Part shown: positions 8,676 to 18,330 of the stretch, one piece after another
Position numbering within the stretch: position 1 is the first letter of the stretch
Layout of the letters: the number at the start of each line of letters is the position of its first letter
Sequence record: NC_054913.1
From: Escherichia phage F2
Length of the DNA stretch: 64,000 nt
Reading direction: 5' to 3' (one strand)
The notes under the pieces: generated by a model
The model's database searches: none
What the model was told of the DNA's origin: nothing
What the model saw: the letters and a program-made list of their open reading frames with translations, nothing else
Program-made: the position numbers and the translations under genes

Positions 8676-10118
8676 GTGGTAGAAATTATTTTGTCTCATC
8701 TAGTATACGACCAGGCTTATTTTTCTAAGGTCTGGCCTTATATGGATTCTGAGTATTTTGAGCGTGGACCGGCAAAAAATGTCTTTAAAATTATAAAGAG
8801 CCACGTTAACGAATATAATGCAATGCCGTCTATCAATGCATTAAAGGTGGCTTTAGATAACAGTTCTTTAACTGAAGCCGAATATAAAGGAACTTCAGAC
8901 CTAATTGAAAAATTGGCTGATACTCCTGAAGACCACGAATGGTTGGTTAAAGAAACTGAGAAATATGTCCAGCAAAAAGCGATGTATAATGCTACATCCA
9001 AAATCATTGAGATTCAGTCTAATGCTGAACTACCTCCAGAACAACGTAACAAGAAAATGCCTGACGTAGGAGCTATTCCTGATATTATGCGTCAAGCACT
9101 TTCAATTTCGTTTGATAGTTATGTTGGACATGACTGGATGGAAGACTATGAAACCCGCTGGCTTTCTTATCTGAACAAAGCACGTAAGGTCCCGTTCAAA
9201 TTAAACATTTTGAATAAAATCACTAAAGGTGGTGCAGAAACAGGTACACTGAATGTTTTAATGGCCGGTGTTAACGTTGGTAAATCTTTAGGCCTTTGTT
9301 CACTTGCTGCAGATTATCTTCAAACAGGTCATAATGTTCTTTATATTTCTATGGAAATGGCTGAAGAAGTTTGTGCTAAGCGTATAGATGCAAACATGCT
9401 TGACGTATCGCTCGATGATATCGATGATGGTAACGTATCTTATGCTGAATATAAAGCCAAGATGGAAAAATGGCGTTCAAAAACAACATTAGGACGTTTA
9501 GTAGTTAAACAGTATCCTACTGGTGGAGCTAATGCTAATACATTCCGTGCATTGCTTAATGAATTGAAACTCAAGAAGAACTTTGTGCCATCTGTAATCA
9601 TGGTTGATTACTTAGGTATTTGTGGGTCTTGTCGTATCAGAGTTTACACTGAAAATAGTTACACATTAGTTAAAGCTATCGCAGAAGAACTTCGTGCATT
9701 AGCAGTAGAATCTGAAACAGTTCTATGGACTGCAGCTCAAGTAGGACGTGCAGCATGGGATGCGTCGGATATGAACATGAGTGATATTGCAGAATCAGCA
9801 GGTTTACCAGCAACGGCAGATTTCATGTTGGCTGTAATTGAAACCGAAGAACTTGCACAAGCTGAACAACAACTTATCAAACAAATCAAATCACGATATG
9901 GTGATAAGAATAAGTGGAATAAATTCCTGATGGGTGTACGTAAAGGCAACCAGAAATGGATTGAGATTGAGCAAGAAGGCATGAACACACCTAACACAGT
10001 AAATGAAAACGCAGGTGCTCAGATGCGTCAGGCAGAGGTGAATCGTACGGAACGCGTAGGTAAAGCCAAAGCAACACGTGCTGACCTAGATAGCTTAGCC
10101 AATGAGTTAAAATTTTAA
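8676..10118 (+). CDS. 41: replicative DNA helicase gp41 (DnaB family)
   Basis: GTG start after AAGGAG; MVEIILSHLVYDQAYFSKVWPYMDSEYFE... matches T4 gp41; Walker A GVNVGKS. Confidence 0.95.
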   Translation: MVEIILSHLVYDQAYFSKVWPYMDSEYFERGPAKNVFKIIKSHVNEYNAMPSINALKVALDNSSLTEAEYKGTSDLIEKLADTPEDHEWLVKETEKYVQQKAMYNATSKIIEIQSNAELPPEQRNKKMPDVGAIPDIMRQALSISFDSYVGHDWMEDYETRWLSYLNKARKVPFKLNILNKITKGGAETGTLNVLMAGVNVGKSLGLCSLAADYLQTGHNVLYISMEMAEEVCAKRIDANMLDVSLDDIDDGNVSYAEYKAKMEKWRSKTTLGRLVVKQYPTGGANANTFRALLNELKLKKNFVPSVIMVDYLGICGSCRIRVYTENSYTLVKAIAEELRALAVESETVLWTAAQVGRAAWDASDMNMSDIAESAGLPATADFMLAVIETEELAQAEQQLIKQIKSRYGDKNKWNKFLMGVRKGNQKWIEIEQEGMNTPNTVNENAGAQMRQAEVNRTERVGKAKATRADLDSLANELKF

Positions 10119-10123
10119 TAAAA

Positions 10124-10150
10124 GGAGACTTCGGTCTCCTTTCGGGGTTT
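10124..10150 (+). terminator. rho-independent terminator hairpin (UUCG loop) after gene 41
   Basis: ggagacttcggtctcc stem-loop followed by tttcggggttt. Confidence 0.5.
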
Positions 10151-10205
10151 ACATCTTCCTCTAGGCATGATATGATGTACTTACACAAACCAAGAGGAAA
10201 ACACT

Positions 10206-10580
10206 ATGAATATGTCTCAAGCAATTTTTACTGCAATCACCGAAAACACAACTGTTGAAGTAGCTTCTCCGCTGGCAACCTACGTTATTCTTGCTCCTAA
10301 AACCATTGTATCTCGTATGGAAAACATGGGCAAACGTATCGTACAAATTGTTGGAGCCGGAAATCAAAAACTTGATTATCTGCGAACCATCAAAGCTTAT
10401 GAACATTTCCAACTCGAAAAAGGTTCTCCTATCCAGGTAGAACTCGTAAATGGTGATATCGTTCGAGCAATGTTCCATCATTTCTATGCATTGAATGACC
10501 CATCTAAAGCGGTTCGTTTAATTGCATACGACGCAAACCAAAACGAAATCAACGCAGATGTATCTAAATTACGTTTTTAA
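10206..10580 (+). CDS. hypothetical protein
   Basis: 124 aa ORF with SD AGAGGA; no recognised motif. Confidence 0.5.
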   Translation: MNMSQAIFTAITENTTVEVASPLATYVILAPKTIVSRMENMGKRIVQIVGAGNQKLDYLRTIKAYEHFQLEKGSPIQVELVNGDIVRAMFHHFYALNDPSKAVRLIAYDANQNEINADVSKLRF

Positions 10581-10610
10581 GTTTACTTCTCCAGCAGTTG
10601 TGTTATTATA
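10581..10610 (+). promoter_or_regulatory. T4-type early promoter module (GTTTAC -35, TATTAT -10, conserved ctatcaa downstream)
   Basis: gtttac-N17-tattatagacctatcaa; member of repeated promoter family. Confidence 0.45.
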
Positions 10611-10635
10611 GACCTATCAACTACTGGAGAACAAA

Positions 10636-10953
10636 ATGAAAACCATTGATTGTAAAGCAGAATTTAAGATTTTTTATCACGGTTCAAGCAGTTCAGCTAA
10701 CATTGAAAACATGCTTTGTCCTCCTGAGGAAACAGGAGTTCTGTCTGAAACTGGACGTAAGAAAAACTTGGACCGTGTATTCTTTACCGAAGATATCGGT
10801 TTAGCAAAGATTTATGCAGGACGAGCAGCACGCTCTTATGGAGGTGAACCACGTCTCTATCGAGTAATTTCTCCGGTAGACGTAGTTCAAATGAATAATA
10901 CTAAAGGTGCTACAGTTTATCACGCTGAATGGGCATTTTGCGAGGAAATATGA
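10636..10953 (+). CDS. hypothetical protein
   Basis: 105 aa ORF following promoter module; stop overlaps dmd start. Confidence 0.5.
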   Translation: MKTIDCKAEFKIFYHGSSSSANIENMLCPPEETGVLSETGRKKNLDRVFFTEDIGLAKIYAGRAARSYGGEPRLYRVISPVDVVQMNNTKGATVYHAEWAFCEEI

Positions 10954-11141
10954 GCAAATTAACTAAAGTTACTTTTATTGGTTGGTTTAAAAGCGGTGAG
11001 ATGTTCACTAAAGATATCATGTTATCAGGTGATCGCGAAGAAATCGAGTGGGTTGCTGTACAACTTGCTGAAGTGAACAACGCATTAGTTAAAGCATTTG
11101 TTAATGACGAGAAAGTTTTTGAAGCTGATTTCAGAGGATAA
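10950..11141 (+). CDS. dmd: Dmd-like antitoxin (discriminator of mRNA degradation)
   Basis: MSKLTKVTFIGWFKSGEMFTKDIML...AEVNNALVKAFVNDEKVFEADFRG closely resembles remembered T4 Dmd (..VFMGWFKNESMFTKEI..AEVNKALVKAFIDDKKV..); located between 41 and 61 as in T4. Confidence 0.7.
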   Translation: MSKLTKVTFIGWFKSGEMFTKDIMLSGDREEIEWVAVQLAEVNNALVKAFVNDEKVFEADFRG

Positions 11142-11142
11142 T

Positions 11143-11355
11143 ATGTATTCAACTGTGTTTAAACCATCAACATACGAATTTGCATCAACTACACAATGGA
11201 AAGCTCTTATTCTGGAAGGATGGGAACTAATGATGGACTGTGAAGCATCTGAAAAGTTTCCACACGGCAAAGTGGACTTCGTTAAATTTGCTGTACGTCC
11301 GACTAAACGACAGATTCGTCAAGAAAAACGCAAATTTCGCAAAAGTTTAAAATAA
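11143..11355 (+). CDS. hypothetical protein
   Basis: ATG 2 nt after dmd stop with SD AGAGGA. Confidence 0.45.
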   Translation: MYSTVFKPSTYEFASTTQWKALILEGWELMMDCEASEKFPHGKVDFVKFAVRPTKRQIRQEKRKFRKSLK

Positions 11356-11357
11356 CT

Positions 11358-11387
11358 GTTTACAAGCACCACATACTGTGTTACTAT
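11358..11387 (+). promoter_or_regulatory. T4-type early promoter module
   Basis: gtttac ... tactat with about 18 nt spacing upstream of lipoprotein gene. Confidence 0.4.
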
Positions 11388-11415
11388 CTTTTTATCAACT
11401 ACAGAGGAAATTGAA

Positions 11416-11784
11416 ATGAAAAAATTAATCGCTTTAGCAATGGTATTTGGATTAACCGGATGTGGTGCCCATGGCTTTATCCCTAATAACGTTGGCCAAC
11501 TGATTTACAATCCTAATGTTAAACAGTATGACCAACCTAAAGTTGAAGTGGAAGACCCGGTTACTGTAGGTAATCGAATGATTCAAGCTGATGCCCATGC
11601 TCAACGTTATCGTGACTCTGATACTGTAGCATTGTCAAAAGAACAACGCGTTAAAGAACATTGTCTACAGGCTACTGAAATCGCATTCATTCGCTATGTT
11701 GAAACAACTGGTAAAGAGCCTTCCAAGAAACAAATCGCGAATAACTACGTCCAGTGTATTGAACGTTTAAACAAATTTAATTAA
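11416..11784 (+). CDS. putative lipoprotein
   Basis: Signal peptide with lipobox MKKLIALAMVFGLTGC. Confidence 0.6.
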   Translation: MKKLIALAMVFGLTGCGAHGFIPNNVGQLIYNPNVKQYDQPKVEVEDPVTVGNRMIQADAHAQRYRDSDTVALSKEQRVKEHCLQATEIAFIRYVETTGKEPSKKQIANNYVQCIERLNKFN

Positions 11785-11844
11785 TTGGTTACACCAAAGT
11801 TAAAATAAGATACTATAAACATAACAAATCAAGAGGAAATTAAC

Positions 11845-12093
11845 ATGGAATTATTCGTAGCTAGTTCAGTAGCAGTTTTAATCGCAGGTATTGGTTCAAT
11901 CATCATTTACATGTTGCCTTGGGTAATCGCACTTATTCGTGGCACAAAAAGCACAACAGCAATCTTCTTTGTATCTTTACTCTTTAACTGGACGATGATT
12001 GGTTGGATTGGAACTTTAATTTGGTCTATCGTTGCCGAAAAGAAATCTGCTCAGCAGCCTCAACAAGTAATTATTATTCGCGAAAAAGAATAA
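11845..12093 (+). CDS. small integral membrane protein (2 TM)
   Basis: Two hydrophobic helices (VAVLIAGIGSIIIYMLPWVIALI; IFFVSLLFNWTMIGWIGTLIWSIV). Confidence 0.5.
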   Translation: MELFVASSVAVLIAGIGSIIIYMLPWVIALIRGTKSTTAIFFVSLLFNWTMIGWIGTLIWSIVAEKKSAQQPQQVIIIREKE

Positions 12094-12097
12094 AGTT

Positions 12098-12127
12098 GTT
12101 TACATTATAGATGGACTATGGTATAGT
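12098..12127 (+). promoter_or_regulatory. T4-type early promoter module
   Basis: gtttac ... tatagtagtcctatcaa upstream of 12157. Confidence 0.45.
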
Positions 12128-12156
12128 AGTCCTATCAAATCAACTAAGGAGTTAAA

Positions 12157-12450
12157 ATGAAAAAGTTATCATTGGCAGCAATCTTACTTGCGGTATCATG
12201 TGCACCAGCTCCAGTTACAGCAGGTTATGATAAAGACCTCTGTGAGTGGTCAATGACTGCAAATCAAGAAGATGTTGAACAACAAATCTTCTCTGATATC
12301 ATGAACATCACTAAACGAGACCGTCCTAATATGGTTAATAAAGTTGTTGAACAACTTAAGTCTGGTGGTATTATGCAGTACAATTATGTTTTGTATTGTG
12401 ACCCTAATTTCGATAACAAAGATATCGTAACCGAAATCACAGGTGAATAA
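12157..12450 (+). CDS. sp: secreted periplasmic protein, spackle-like (superinfection exclusion/lysozyme inhibitor) by size and position
   Basis: 97 aa with cleavable signal peptide MKKLSLAAILLAVSCAPAPVTA; T4 sp is a 97-aa periplasmic protein in the 41-61 interval. Confidence 0.5.
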   Translation: MKKLSLAAILLAVSCAPAPVTAGYDKDLCEWSMTANQEDVEQQIFSDIMNITKRDRPNMVNKVVEQLKSGGIMQYNYVLYCDPNFDNKDIVTEITGE

Positions 12451-12451
12451 T

Positions 12452-13102
12452 ATGATTTATTACATGCACAAAAACGCACCATTTAAATATGGTAAATTTC
12501 CTAATGCACAATGTTATAATATAACGCCGAATGAAAATAATAACGGATACCGTATTGGTGTAATTTTTGTAATTGTTAAAGATAACGAAATCGTTGCCTG
12601 GGCAGATTTTAAAGGTACAACATATGATGTTAATCCTGTGCCTTTCACATATTACAATATAATGGATTTGGCATATGATTATAATTGGTTTACTCATGAC
12701 ACGTTGGCTCATATTGAAGGTGTAGGATTTGACATCTCTTATTCTAGCTATTCATTATGTCCTATGAGCCGAGCTCACGGTAAAGATGTATCATATCTTT
12801 CAATTCGGAAACGTGTAAACTTCAAACGTAGTACAGAGTATGTTGGTGGACTCTTTGTTAAAGATAATAAAATAACCCGTATTAGTTATCCTTTAAGTGT
12901 AGGTCAAAAAGATGTTGATGTTGATTTAGACTTAACTGAAAGTAACATTAATCGTATTGCTTCTGTATATTTTGATATCGATGAAAAAATTGTAGTGTGT
13001 GGATACGAATTACCACCTGAAGAAAAGGCTGAAACAATTGAAGTCGAATTAGAAATTTCTGTTGATGACCAAATATTTAACGCATTTATGAATCGAGGTT
13101 AA
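12452..13102 (+). CDS. hypothetical protein
   Basis: ORF with SD AGGTGA; no recognised motif. Confidence 0.5.
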   Translation: MIYYMHKNAPFKYGKFPNAQCYNITPNENNNGYRIGVIFVIVKDNEIVAWADFKGTTYDVNPVPFTYYNIMDLAYDYNWFTHDTLAHIEGVGFDISYSSYSLCPMSRAHGKDVSYLSIRKRVNFKRSTEYVGGLFVKDNKITRISYPLSVGQKDVDVDLDLTESNINRIASVYFDIDEKIVVCGYELPPEEKAETIEVELEISVDDQIFNAFMNRG

Positions 13103-13103
13103 A

Positions 13104-13301
13104 ATGACTACTGCAATTTGCACTGGTTCTAAAATTAGTGTTTTTACAAGTTTTGAAGATTATGGAGTTGTTTCAAAACACCAATGCCATATTAGCGTAA
13201 AAGCTAATGGTGGTGTAATTTGGAATATTCCGCACTATGAAGACACTACATATGAAGTCACAGATGCGAACGGTGATAAAGCGATCTTTGTGATTGATTA
13301 A
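13104..13301 (+). CDS. hypothetical protein
   Basis: 65 aa ORF tightly packed between neighbours. Confidence 0.45.
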   Translation: MTTAICTGSKISVFTSFEDYGVVSKHQCHISVKANGGVIWNIPHYEDTTYEVTDANGDKAIFVID

Positions 13302-13320
13302 ATATACTCAGGAGGTACCT

Positions 13321-13788
13321 ATGGGTATTATTAACACTGCAATAGATTCTGTTTACGCATATAAGTTTATTCGACTAATGCAAAAACCTTTTACCGAATG
13401 GAAAGCATACGAAGCCAAAATCATCGATGAACGTGGAAGTGTTCTTAAACGTCCTTCTACTCCCGAAGAAAAAGCGGCTTATACACCTTTTCATGCTTCA
13501 GTTCGTTCAATGAAGCGAATGATGAGCACTGTTCCAGGTCTTAATGGAATGGCCTCAATGATGTCTGCCTGGAGTGCTGTAGCTTCACGCTATAACATTA
13601 CGGAAGAACAACAGAAAGAAATATTTAAAGAACTCCCTTTATTTGAGGATATGGTTGCTGGTGATTCAGGCGGTAGTCCTCAAGCTATTGCATCAGGAAC
13701 AACTACAGGTGCAGTCGTAAATAAAGGTCCAGAACAAATTCCTTCCAAGAAAAGAAAGCGAATTAAAGTAAATATTAATAAGTTGTGA
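13321..13788 (+). CDS. hypothetical protein
   Basis: SD CAGGAGG 8 nt upstream of ATG. Confidence 0.5.
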   Translation: MGIINTAIDSVYAYKFIRLMQKPFTEWKAYEAKIIDERGSVLKRPSTPEEKAAYTPFHASVRSMKRMMSTVPGLNGMASMMSAWSAVASRYNITEEQQKEIFKELPLFEDMVAGDSGGSPQAIASGTTTGAVVNKGPEQIPSKKRKRIKVNINKL

Positions 13789-13827
13789 TATGATGGCCTT
13801 ATTAATTTAAGGCCTCTGGAGAATACT

Positions 13828-14850
13828 ATGGCTGAATGGATAGATAATGAATTTGCTTATCGTGCGTTTTCTCACCTACCTCGTTTTAGACAAATCAATA
13901 ATTCAAGTACATTTAAATTAACATTTCGATGTCCAGTTTGTGGCGACTCCCAGACAGATGCAATGAAAGCTCGTGGATGGTATTATGGCGGTACTCCTGG
14001 TAATGTACATTGCTATAATTGTCAATACCACAATACAATTTCCGGATACTTAAAAGAGTATGATGAAGAGCTTTACCGCGAATATCTAATGGAAGTTCGT
14101 AAAGAAAAAGCTAGAATGGAACCAAAGATTGAAAAGGTTCCTGAACATAAACCAGAACCGGAGAAAAAGACTATAAATTCTTTGCCGTCTTGTTCTCGTC
14201 TGGACAAGCTGCCTGAAGAGCATCCTATTGTGAAATATGTTAAGTCTCGATGCATTCCTAAAGAATCATGGAACAGATTATGGTTCACATTAGAATGGCC
14301 TAAATTGGTCAACAAGATTCAACCAGGCACATATAAGAAAGAGATTCCAGAACCACGTTTAGTGATTCCTATTTTTAATAAAGACGGGAAGGCTGAGTCA
14401 TTCCAAGGACGTGCACTTCGTAAAGATGCTCCTCAGAAATATATCACTATTAAAGCGTTTGAGTCCGCAACAAAAATTTATGGTGTTGAACGTGTTAAGG
14501 AAGGGGACGTCTGGGTAATGGAAGGCCCTATTGATAGTTTATTCATACCCAATGCAATCGCTATTACAGGCGGCTCAATAGATTTAGATGTGGTACCATT
14601 TAAAGAACGTCGGGTATGGGTAATGGATAATGAACCTAGGCATCCAGATACTATAGCTCGCATGAAGCGATTAGTTGATGCAGGCGAACGTGTCATGTTC
14701 TGGGACCGAGCTCCGTGGAGATCAAAGGATGTGAATGATATGGTAATGAAAGAAAATGCAACACCACAAGAAATTTTAGAATATATGAAACAGAATATTT
14801 CAAGTGGGTTGCATGCTAAAATGAGATTATCTCGTTATTCGAAGATTTAA
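13828..14850 (+). CDS. 61: DNA primase gp61
   Basis: 340 aa, N-terminal zinc ribbon CPVCGDS...CYNCQYH and Toprim-like core; size and position match T4 gp61. Confidence 0.9.
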   Translation: MAEWIDNEFAYRAFSHLPRFRQINNSSTFKLTFRCPVCGDSQTDAMKARGWYYGGTPGNVHCYNCQYHNTISGYLKEYDEELYREYLMEVRKEKARMEPKIEKVPEHKPEPEKKTINSLPSCSRLDKLPEEHPIVKYVKSRCIPKESWNRLWFTLEWPKLVNKIQPGTYKKEIPEPRLVIPIFNKDGKAESFQGRALRKDAPQKYITIKAFESATKIYGVERVKEGDVWVMEGPIDSLFIPNAIAITGGSIDLDVVPFKERRVWVMDNEPRHPDTIARMKRLVDAGERVMFWDRAPWRSKDVNDMVMKENATPQEILEYMKQNISSGLHAKMRLSRYSKI

Positions 14851-15044
14851 ACAAGCCCTATAATAGCAAAGGCCAAATCAACTACAGTATCCAATGGAAC
14901 AGAAGGAACTATAATACCATGGGCAACTAACAATGGTGCAATCCAGAAGTTCCATGAAATAATGCCACCTACAACTATTGCAGCGATAGCAGTTTTCTTT
15001 TTATTGCCTTTAATAGCGTTGATTAACGATGGAAGTTTAAACAT
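14847..15044 (-). CDS. hypothetical small membrane protein (reverse strand)
   Basis: 65 aa hydrophobic ORF filling the 61-56 gap on the opposite strand; no other support. Confidence 0.3.
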   Translation of the reverse strand: MFKLPSLINAIKGNKKKTAIAAIVVGGIISWNFWIAPLLVAHGIIVPSVPLDTVVDLAFAIIGLV

Positions 15045-15133
15045 AATATCTCCTTAGTTACCTTATTATTTATTATGCTTTATAAAATTAATGTTAGAAT
15101 TAACTCTCTTATACTGAATTGAAAGGAAAAATA

Positions 15134-15655
15134 ATGGCACACTTTAACGAATGTTCACAACTTATTTCTGGTGTTGATAAAGCAGAAGAAGCTTATTTTA
15201 ATGCCCTGATTCACGAAGATAAAGACCCGCTGCAGGTAATGCTTGATATGCAGAAATCTTTACAGGTTCGTCTGGCAAATGACAAGCCTGAACATAACAA
15301 ACATCCTGATGAATTGGCTACTGCTGGTGATGTTGTTGATTGGCTGCGTAATCAGAAAGATTATATTGATGATGAATTCCGTGAACTGCTGACTTCACTT
15401 GGTGGTATGAGCAATGGTGAAAAGGCCGCTAGCTCTGTATGGAAGCCGTGGAAGGCCCAGCATGCTGAATATCGAAATCGTCGTATCGATGAACTGTCTC
15501 CTGAAGACCAGCTTGAAATTAAATTCGAGATGATTGATATTCTGCATTTCGTTCTAAATATGTTCCAAGGTCTAGGACTTTCTGCTGAAGAAATCTTCAA
15601 ACTGTATTACCTGAAAAACCAACACAACTTTGAACGCCAGGATAATGGTTACTAA
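15134..15655 (+). CDS. 56: dCTPase/dUTPase gp56 (MazG-like NTP pyrophosphatase)
   Basis: MAHFNECSQLISGVDKAEE...DPLQVMLDMQ...ETAGDVVDWLRNQKDYIDDEFRELLTSLG... matches T4 gp56; SD AAAGGA. Confidence 0.85.
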   Translation: MAHFNECSQLISGVDKAEEAYFNALIHEDKDPLQVMLDMQKSLQVRLANDKPEHNKHPDELATAGDVVDWLRNQKDYIDDEFRELLTSLGGMSNGEKAASSVWKPWKAQHAEYRNRRIDELSPEDQLEIKFEMIDILHFVLNMFQGLGLSAEEIFKLYYLKNQHNFERQDNGY

Positions 15656-15661
15656 TTAAGT

Positions 15662-15669
15662 TATAAATA
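15662..15669 (+). promoter_or_regulatory. late promoter TATAAATA upstream of soc
   Basis: Exact TATAAATA 32 nt upstream of soc start. Confidence 0.5.
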
Positions 15670-15700
15670 CACCTGTAATTAAACAACAAAGGAGTTAATT

Positions 15701-15937
15701 ATGGGTGGTTATGTAAACATCAAAACCTTTACGCATCCTGCAGGTGAAGGCAAAGAAGTTAAAGGTATGGAAGTTTCTGTACCGTTTGAGATTTATTCAA
15801 ACGAACATCGGATTGCAGATTCTCATTATCAGACTTTCCCGTCTGAAAAAGCTGCTTATACAACGGTAGTAACTGATGCTGCTGACTGGAAGACCAAGAA
15901 CGCAGCAATGTTCACGCCTACACCAGTAAGCGGTTAA
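15701..15937 (+). CDS. soc: small outer capsid protein Soc
   Basis: GYVNIKTF...HYQTFPSEKAAYTTV matches T4 Soc. Confidence 0.8.
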   Translation: MGGYVNIKTFTHPAGEGKEVKGMEVSVPFEIYSNEHRIADSHYQTFPSEKAAYTTVVTDAADWKTKNAAMFTPTPVSG

Positions 15938-15946
15938 ATAATTTAA

Positions 15947-15973
15947 GGAATCCTTCGGGATTCCTTTTTTGTT
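15947..15973 (+). terminator. rho-independent terminator after soc
   Basis: ggaatccttcgggattcc hairpin followed by tttttt. Confidence 0.7.
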
Positions 15974-15979
15974 TCTACA

Positions 15980-16010
15980 GTTTACAACCACTAAAAACTG
16001 TGTTAAGATA
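15980..16010 (+). promoter_or_regulatory. T4-type early promoter module
   Basis: gtttac then taagat about 19 nt downstream. Confidence 0.4.
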
Positions 16011-16037
16011 TTCTTACTTACTCAAGAGGAGAACAAT

Positions 16038-16265
16038 ATGTTAAATCGTTGGATTAAACCTAATAACACATTAGGTGCTTTGATTGCTCAAGAAGTTTCG
16101 TTGAAATACGGCCTTGGATATTATGATGATGTAGTCGTACACTCGTTCATGATGGATGGTGAAGACGTCAAATTTAATGCCGAAATCCGTTGGGATGACG
16201 GTGGTGTTCGTTTTGTTCGAGGAACAATTAATGCTTACGATGCTGAAGAAGTTGTTTGCTGTTAA
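16038..16265 (+). CDS. hypothetical protein
   Basis: Start at internal ATG with SD AAGAGGAG. Confidence 0.5.
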   Translation: MLNRWIKPNNTLGALIAQEVSLKYGLGYYDDVVVHSFMMDGEDVKFNAEIRWDDGGVRFVRGTINAYDAEEVVCC

Positions 16266-16278
16266 ACCAGGCGAAGGT

Positions 16279-16479
16279 ATGATGCCGATTCCTGATACAC
16301 ACGAAAAAAGTTGGGAATATATCGGCGACGGAATGATGGAAGAAGTTGTTCGTCCAAAAACAAAACAGGTTAATGCTTCAAGCTCTTCCGATTATAATCA
16401 TTCATACGTATCGTCTTGGCCTGGTGATTCCGGGTCAAGTTATTCTGATTGTGGTTCAAGCTCAGGGAGCTGCGAATGA
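16279..16479 (+). CDS. hypothetical protein with Ser-rich C-terminal tail
   Basis: ATGATG start after SD GAAGGT; tail SSSSDYNHSYVSSWPGDSGSSYSDCGSSSGSCE. Confidence 0.4.
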   Translation: MMPIPDTHEKSWEYIGDGMMEEVVRPKTKQVNASSSSDYNHSYVSSWPGDSGSSYSDCGSSSGSCE

Positions 16480-16655
16480 ACAAGATAGTTAAATGGTTTA
16501 AAAGCTGGGACGATGGTGTCGGTCCAGAAGATTGGCTGGATGTTCTTGAAGAGAATATGGCTAAAGAATTCCAGAAACATGAAGAGAAGCTCGTCGAAGA
16601 TGAAGGCGAACGTATTGTAAAACTTTATATGGGTGAACCATCGAGGAAATTATAA
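16476..16655 (+). CDS. hypothetical protein
   Basis: ATGA overlap with upstream stop. Confidence 0.4.
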   Translation: MNKIVKWFKSWDDGVGPEDWLDVLEENMAKEFQKHEEKLVEDEGERIVKLYMGEPSRKL

Positions 16656-17119
16656 TGGATGCTATGCTATTTAAAATGTATTTGCTTGAAGCCAAGTCAT
16701 TTAAACATATACCAGTGGAAGATAAGACTCCACTAGAAATAGCTATTCTCATTAACAAAAGTCTAAATAATCCGCAATATATCGTAGAAGAATTCTGCAA
16801 ATTGCAGATTCCTAAAGGTTACAAAATTCGTGTAGAGCGAGTTGGAGCTATTACTCGTTCTAAAAATTCTCCGTTTAGTCTTGAAGAAGGCATAAAGGAC
16901 TTAGGTTATGAATCTACGGAAAATGCCGTTTATGTGAATCCTGAAAAGCGTTTAGACTTGTTTGAAAAGCGAGATCACAAGTATTTTGCCAAAAAATACT
17001 TTATTACATCATTAGCAGATTTAATCCACTTGCAACGGGCTATTTGGAAATTTTTTAAGACAAAAGGCGTAGCACTAGAAACATTCTCTGAACCTGCTAG
17101 TTTTTATCTCGGTGAATAA
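16655..17119 (+). CDS. hypothetical protein
   Basis: 154 aa ORF, TAATG overlap with upstream gene. Confidence 0.5.
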   Translation: MDAMLFKMYLLEAKSFKHIPVEDKTPLEIAILINKSLNNPQYIVEEFCKLQIPKGYKIRVERVGAITRSKNSPFSLEEGIKDLGYESTENAVYVNPEKRLDLFEKRDHKYFAKKYFITSLADLIHLQRAIWKFFKTKGVALETFSEPASFYLGE

Positions 17120-17300
17120 TATGGACCTGATGAGTATGTTTGATGAGCCCGAAGTTGAGGCTCCTAAAGTGCATCGTAGTGAACTTGTTGATGAACTAGA
17201 TAGTATTATACAACGTCACGGCTTTAGTTTACCTGTCGAAGCCCTGAAAGACCTTGCATCTTATTATGACGACCCTCCACCATGGAGTCCTTGGAAATGA
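17112..17300 (+). CDS. hypothetical protein
   Basis: 62 aa acidic ORF. Confidence 0.45.
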   Translation: MNNMDLMSMFDEPEVEAPKVHRSELVDELDSIIQRHGFSLPVEALKDLASYYDDPPPWSPWK

Positions 17301-17461
17301 AAGAGAAATTTAAAGAGAAATTCTTACTAGAAATCAAGGAAAAAGACTTTGAGATATGGTATCGAATGGTGAAAGGGTTGACATTGCTTTTTAAAGCATC
17401 CTTATTCATGTTAGAACAACCTGGCCCTGATGGGCCTTTAGTAGGAAAGCTTAAAAAGTAG
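17297..17461 (+). CDS. hypothetical small protein (54 aa), below ORF-track cutoff
   Basis: ATGA overlap with upstream stop; translation MKEKFKEKFLLEIKEKDFEIWYRMVKG... Confidence 0.3.
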   Translation: MKEKFKEKFLLEIKEKDFEIWYRMVKGLTLLFKASLFMLEQPGPDGPLVGKLKK

Positions 17462-17489
17462 TTTACATTCCCTCCTCTCGTGTTATGAT
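17461..17489 (+). promoter_or_regulatory. T4-type early promoter module
   Basis: gtttac-N17-tatgat. Confidence 0.35.
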
Positions 17490-17647
17490 AGGCTTATCTT
17501 TAAATGGAGGTCTATCATGACATGTCAATCTGAACTTCAAGAACGCGAATACCTAACAAAATCATTCATTTAAAAATGTTGAATTTTTAGTGTACAAACT
17601 CTTCCGATGATGATACTATACCTTTATCAACCACAGGAGAAACCTAA

Positions 17648-18256
17648 ATGTTTATGCCGTATAACGAGTGTGAAATTGAAGAAATGGTTCGTCGTGCTCA
17701 AAACCCAGAATATCAAGATGTATTGCAGTATGAAATTGATAGTCAATTCAGCGACATTGAACAAAGTGTACTGTGGCAGTGTATGGAAAACAAGCCAGAC
17801 TGTATTCAACAGGAGTTAAGTTCAATCGTTCGTAGAAATTGGACGTCTTCTGTTCCTGAGACAATGTATCGTGGAATCTCTAAGAAAACTATGGCCACAC
17901 TCGATGATAAAGGCATTGGTAGTATTATTAAATTTGACAGAGTAATGAGCTTCAGTCCGGTGTTTGGTGTAGCACGTAACTTCGCTTCATATAATTTTTA
18001 TGGAACATTTAATATGTTCTGCATCAAAGATGCACCATTTGCTTTCAACTTCCGTGAACATATGCTTAATATGATTCTGGCTGCACCATCTTGTGAGTTC
18101 AATGGAGCTTTCCCTGAAGCGACAAGACGGTCTAATGCTAGACTTATATCTGACGAATGTGAATTTATGCTCCCTATAGGGACTACACTGCGTGTAGATT
18201 CTATTATTCAAGATGGACGTTATACAATCTGGAATCTGTCTATTGTTGGTTACTGA
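17648..18256 (+). CDS. mono-ADP-ribosyltransferase, ModA/ModB-like
   Basis: 202 aa; candidate R (YRGI), S-x-S (FSP) and E-x-E (DECEF) ART motifs; position between 56 and dda as T4 modA/modB. Confidence 0.55.
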   Translation: MFMPYNECEIEEMVRRAQNPEYQDVLQYEIDSQFSDIEQSVLWQCMENKPDCIQQELSSIVRRNWTSSVPETMYRGISKKTMATLDDKGIGSIIKFDRVMSFSPVFGVARNFASYNFYGTFNMFCIKDAPFAFNFREHMLNMILAAPSCEFNGAFPEATRRSNARLISDECEFMLPIGTTLRVDSIIQDGRYTIWNLSIVGY

Positions 18257-18330
18257 CTGGATTGGAATAACCGGATGGAACTCAGAACCATTATAACACA
18301 TAAAAAATTAAAGCATTTTATGAAAAAGAG

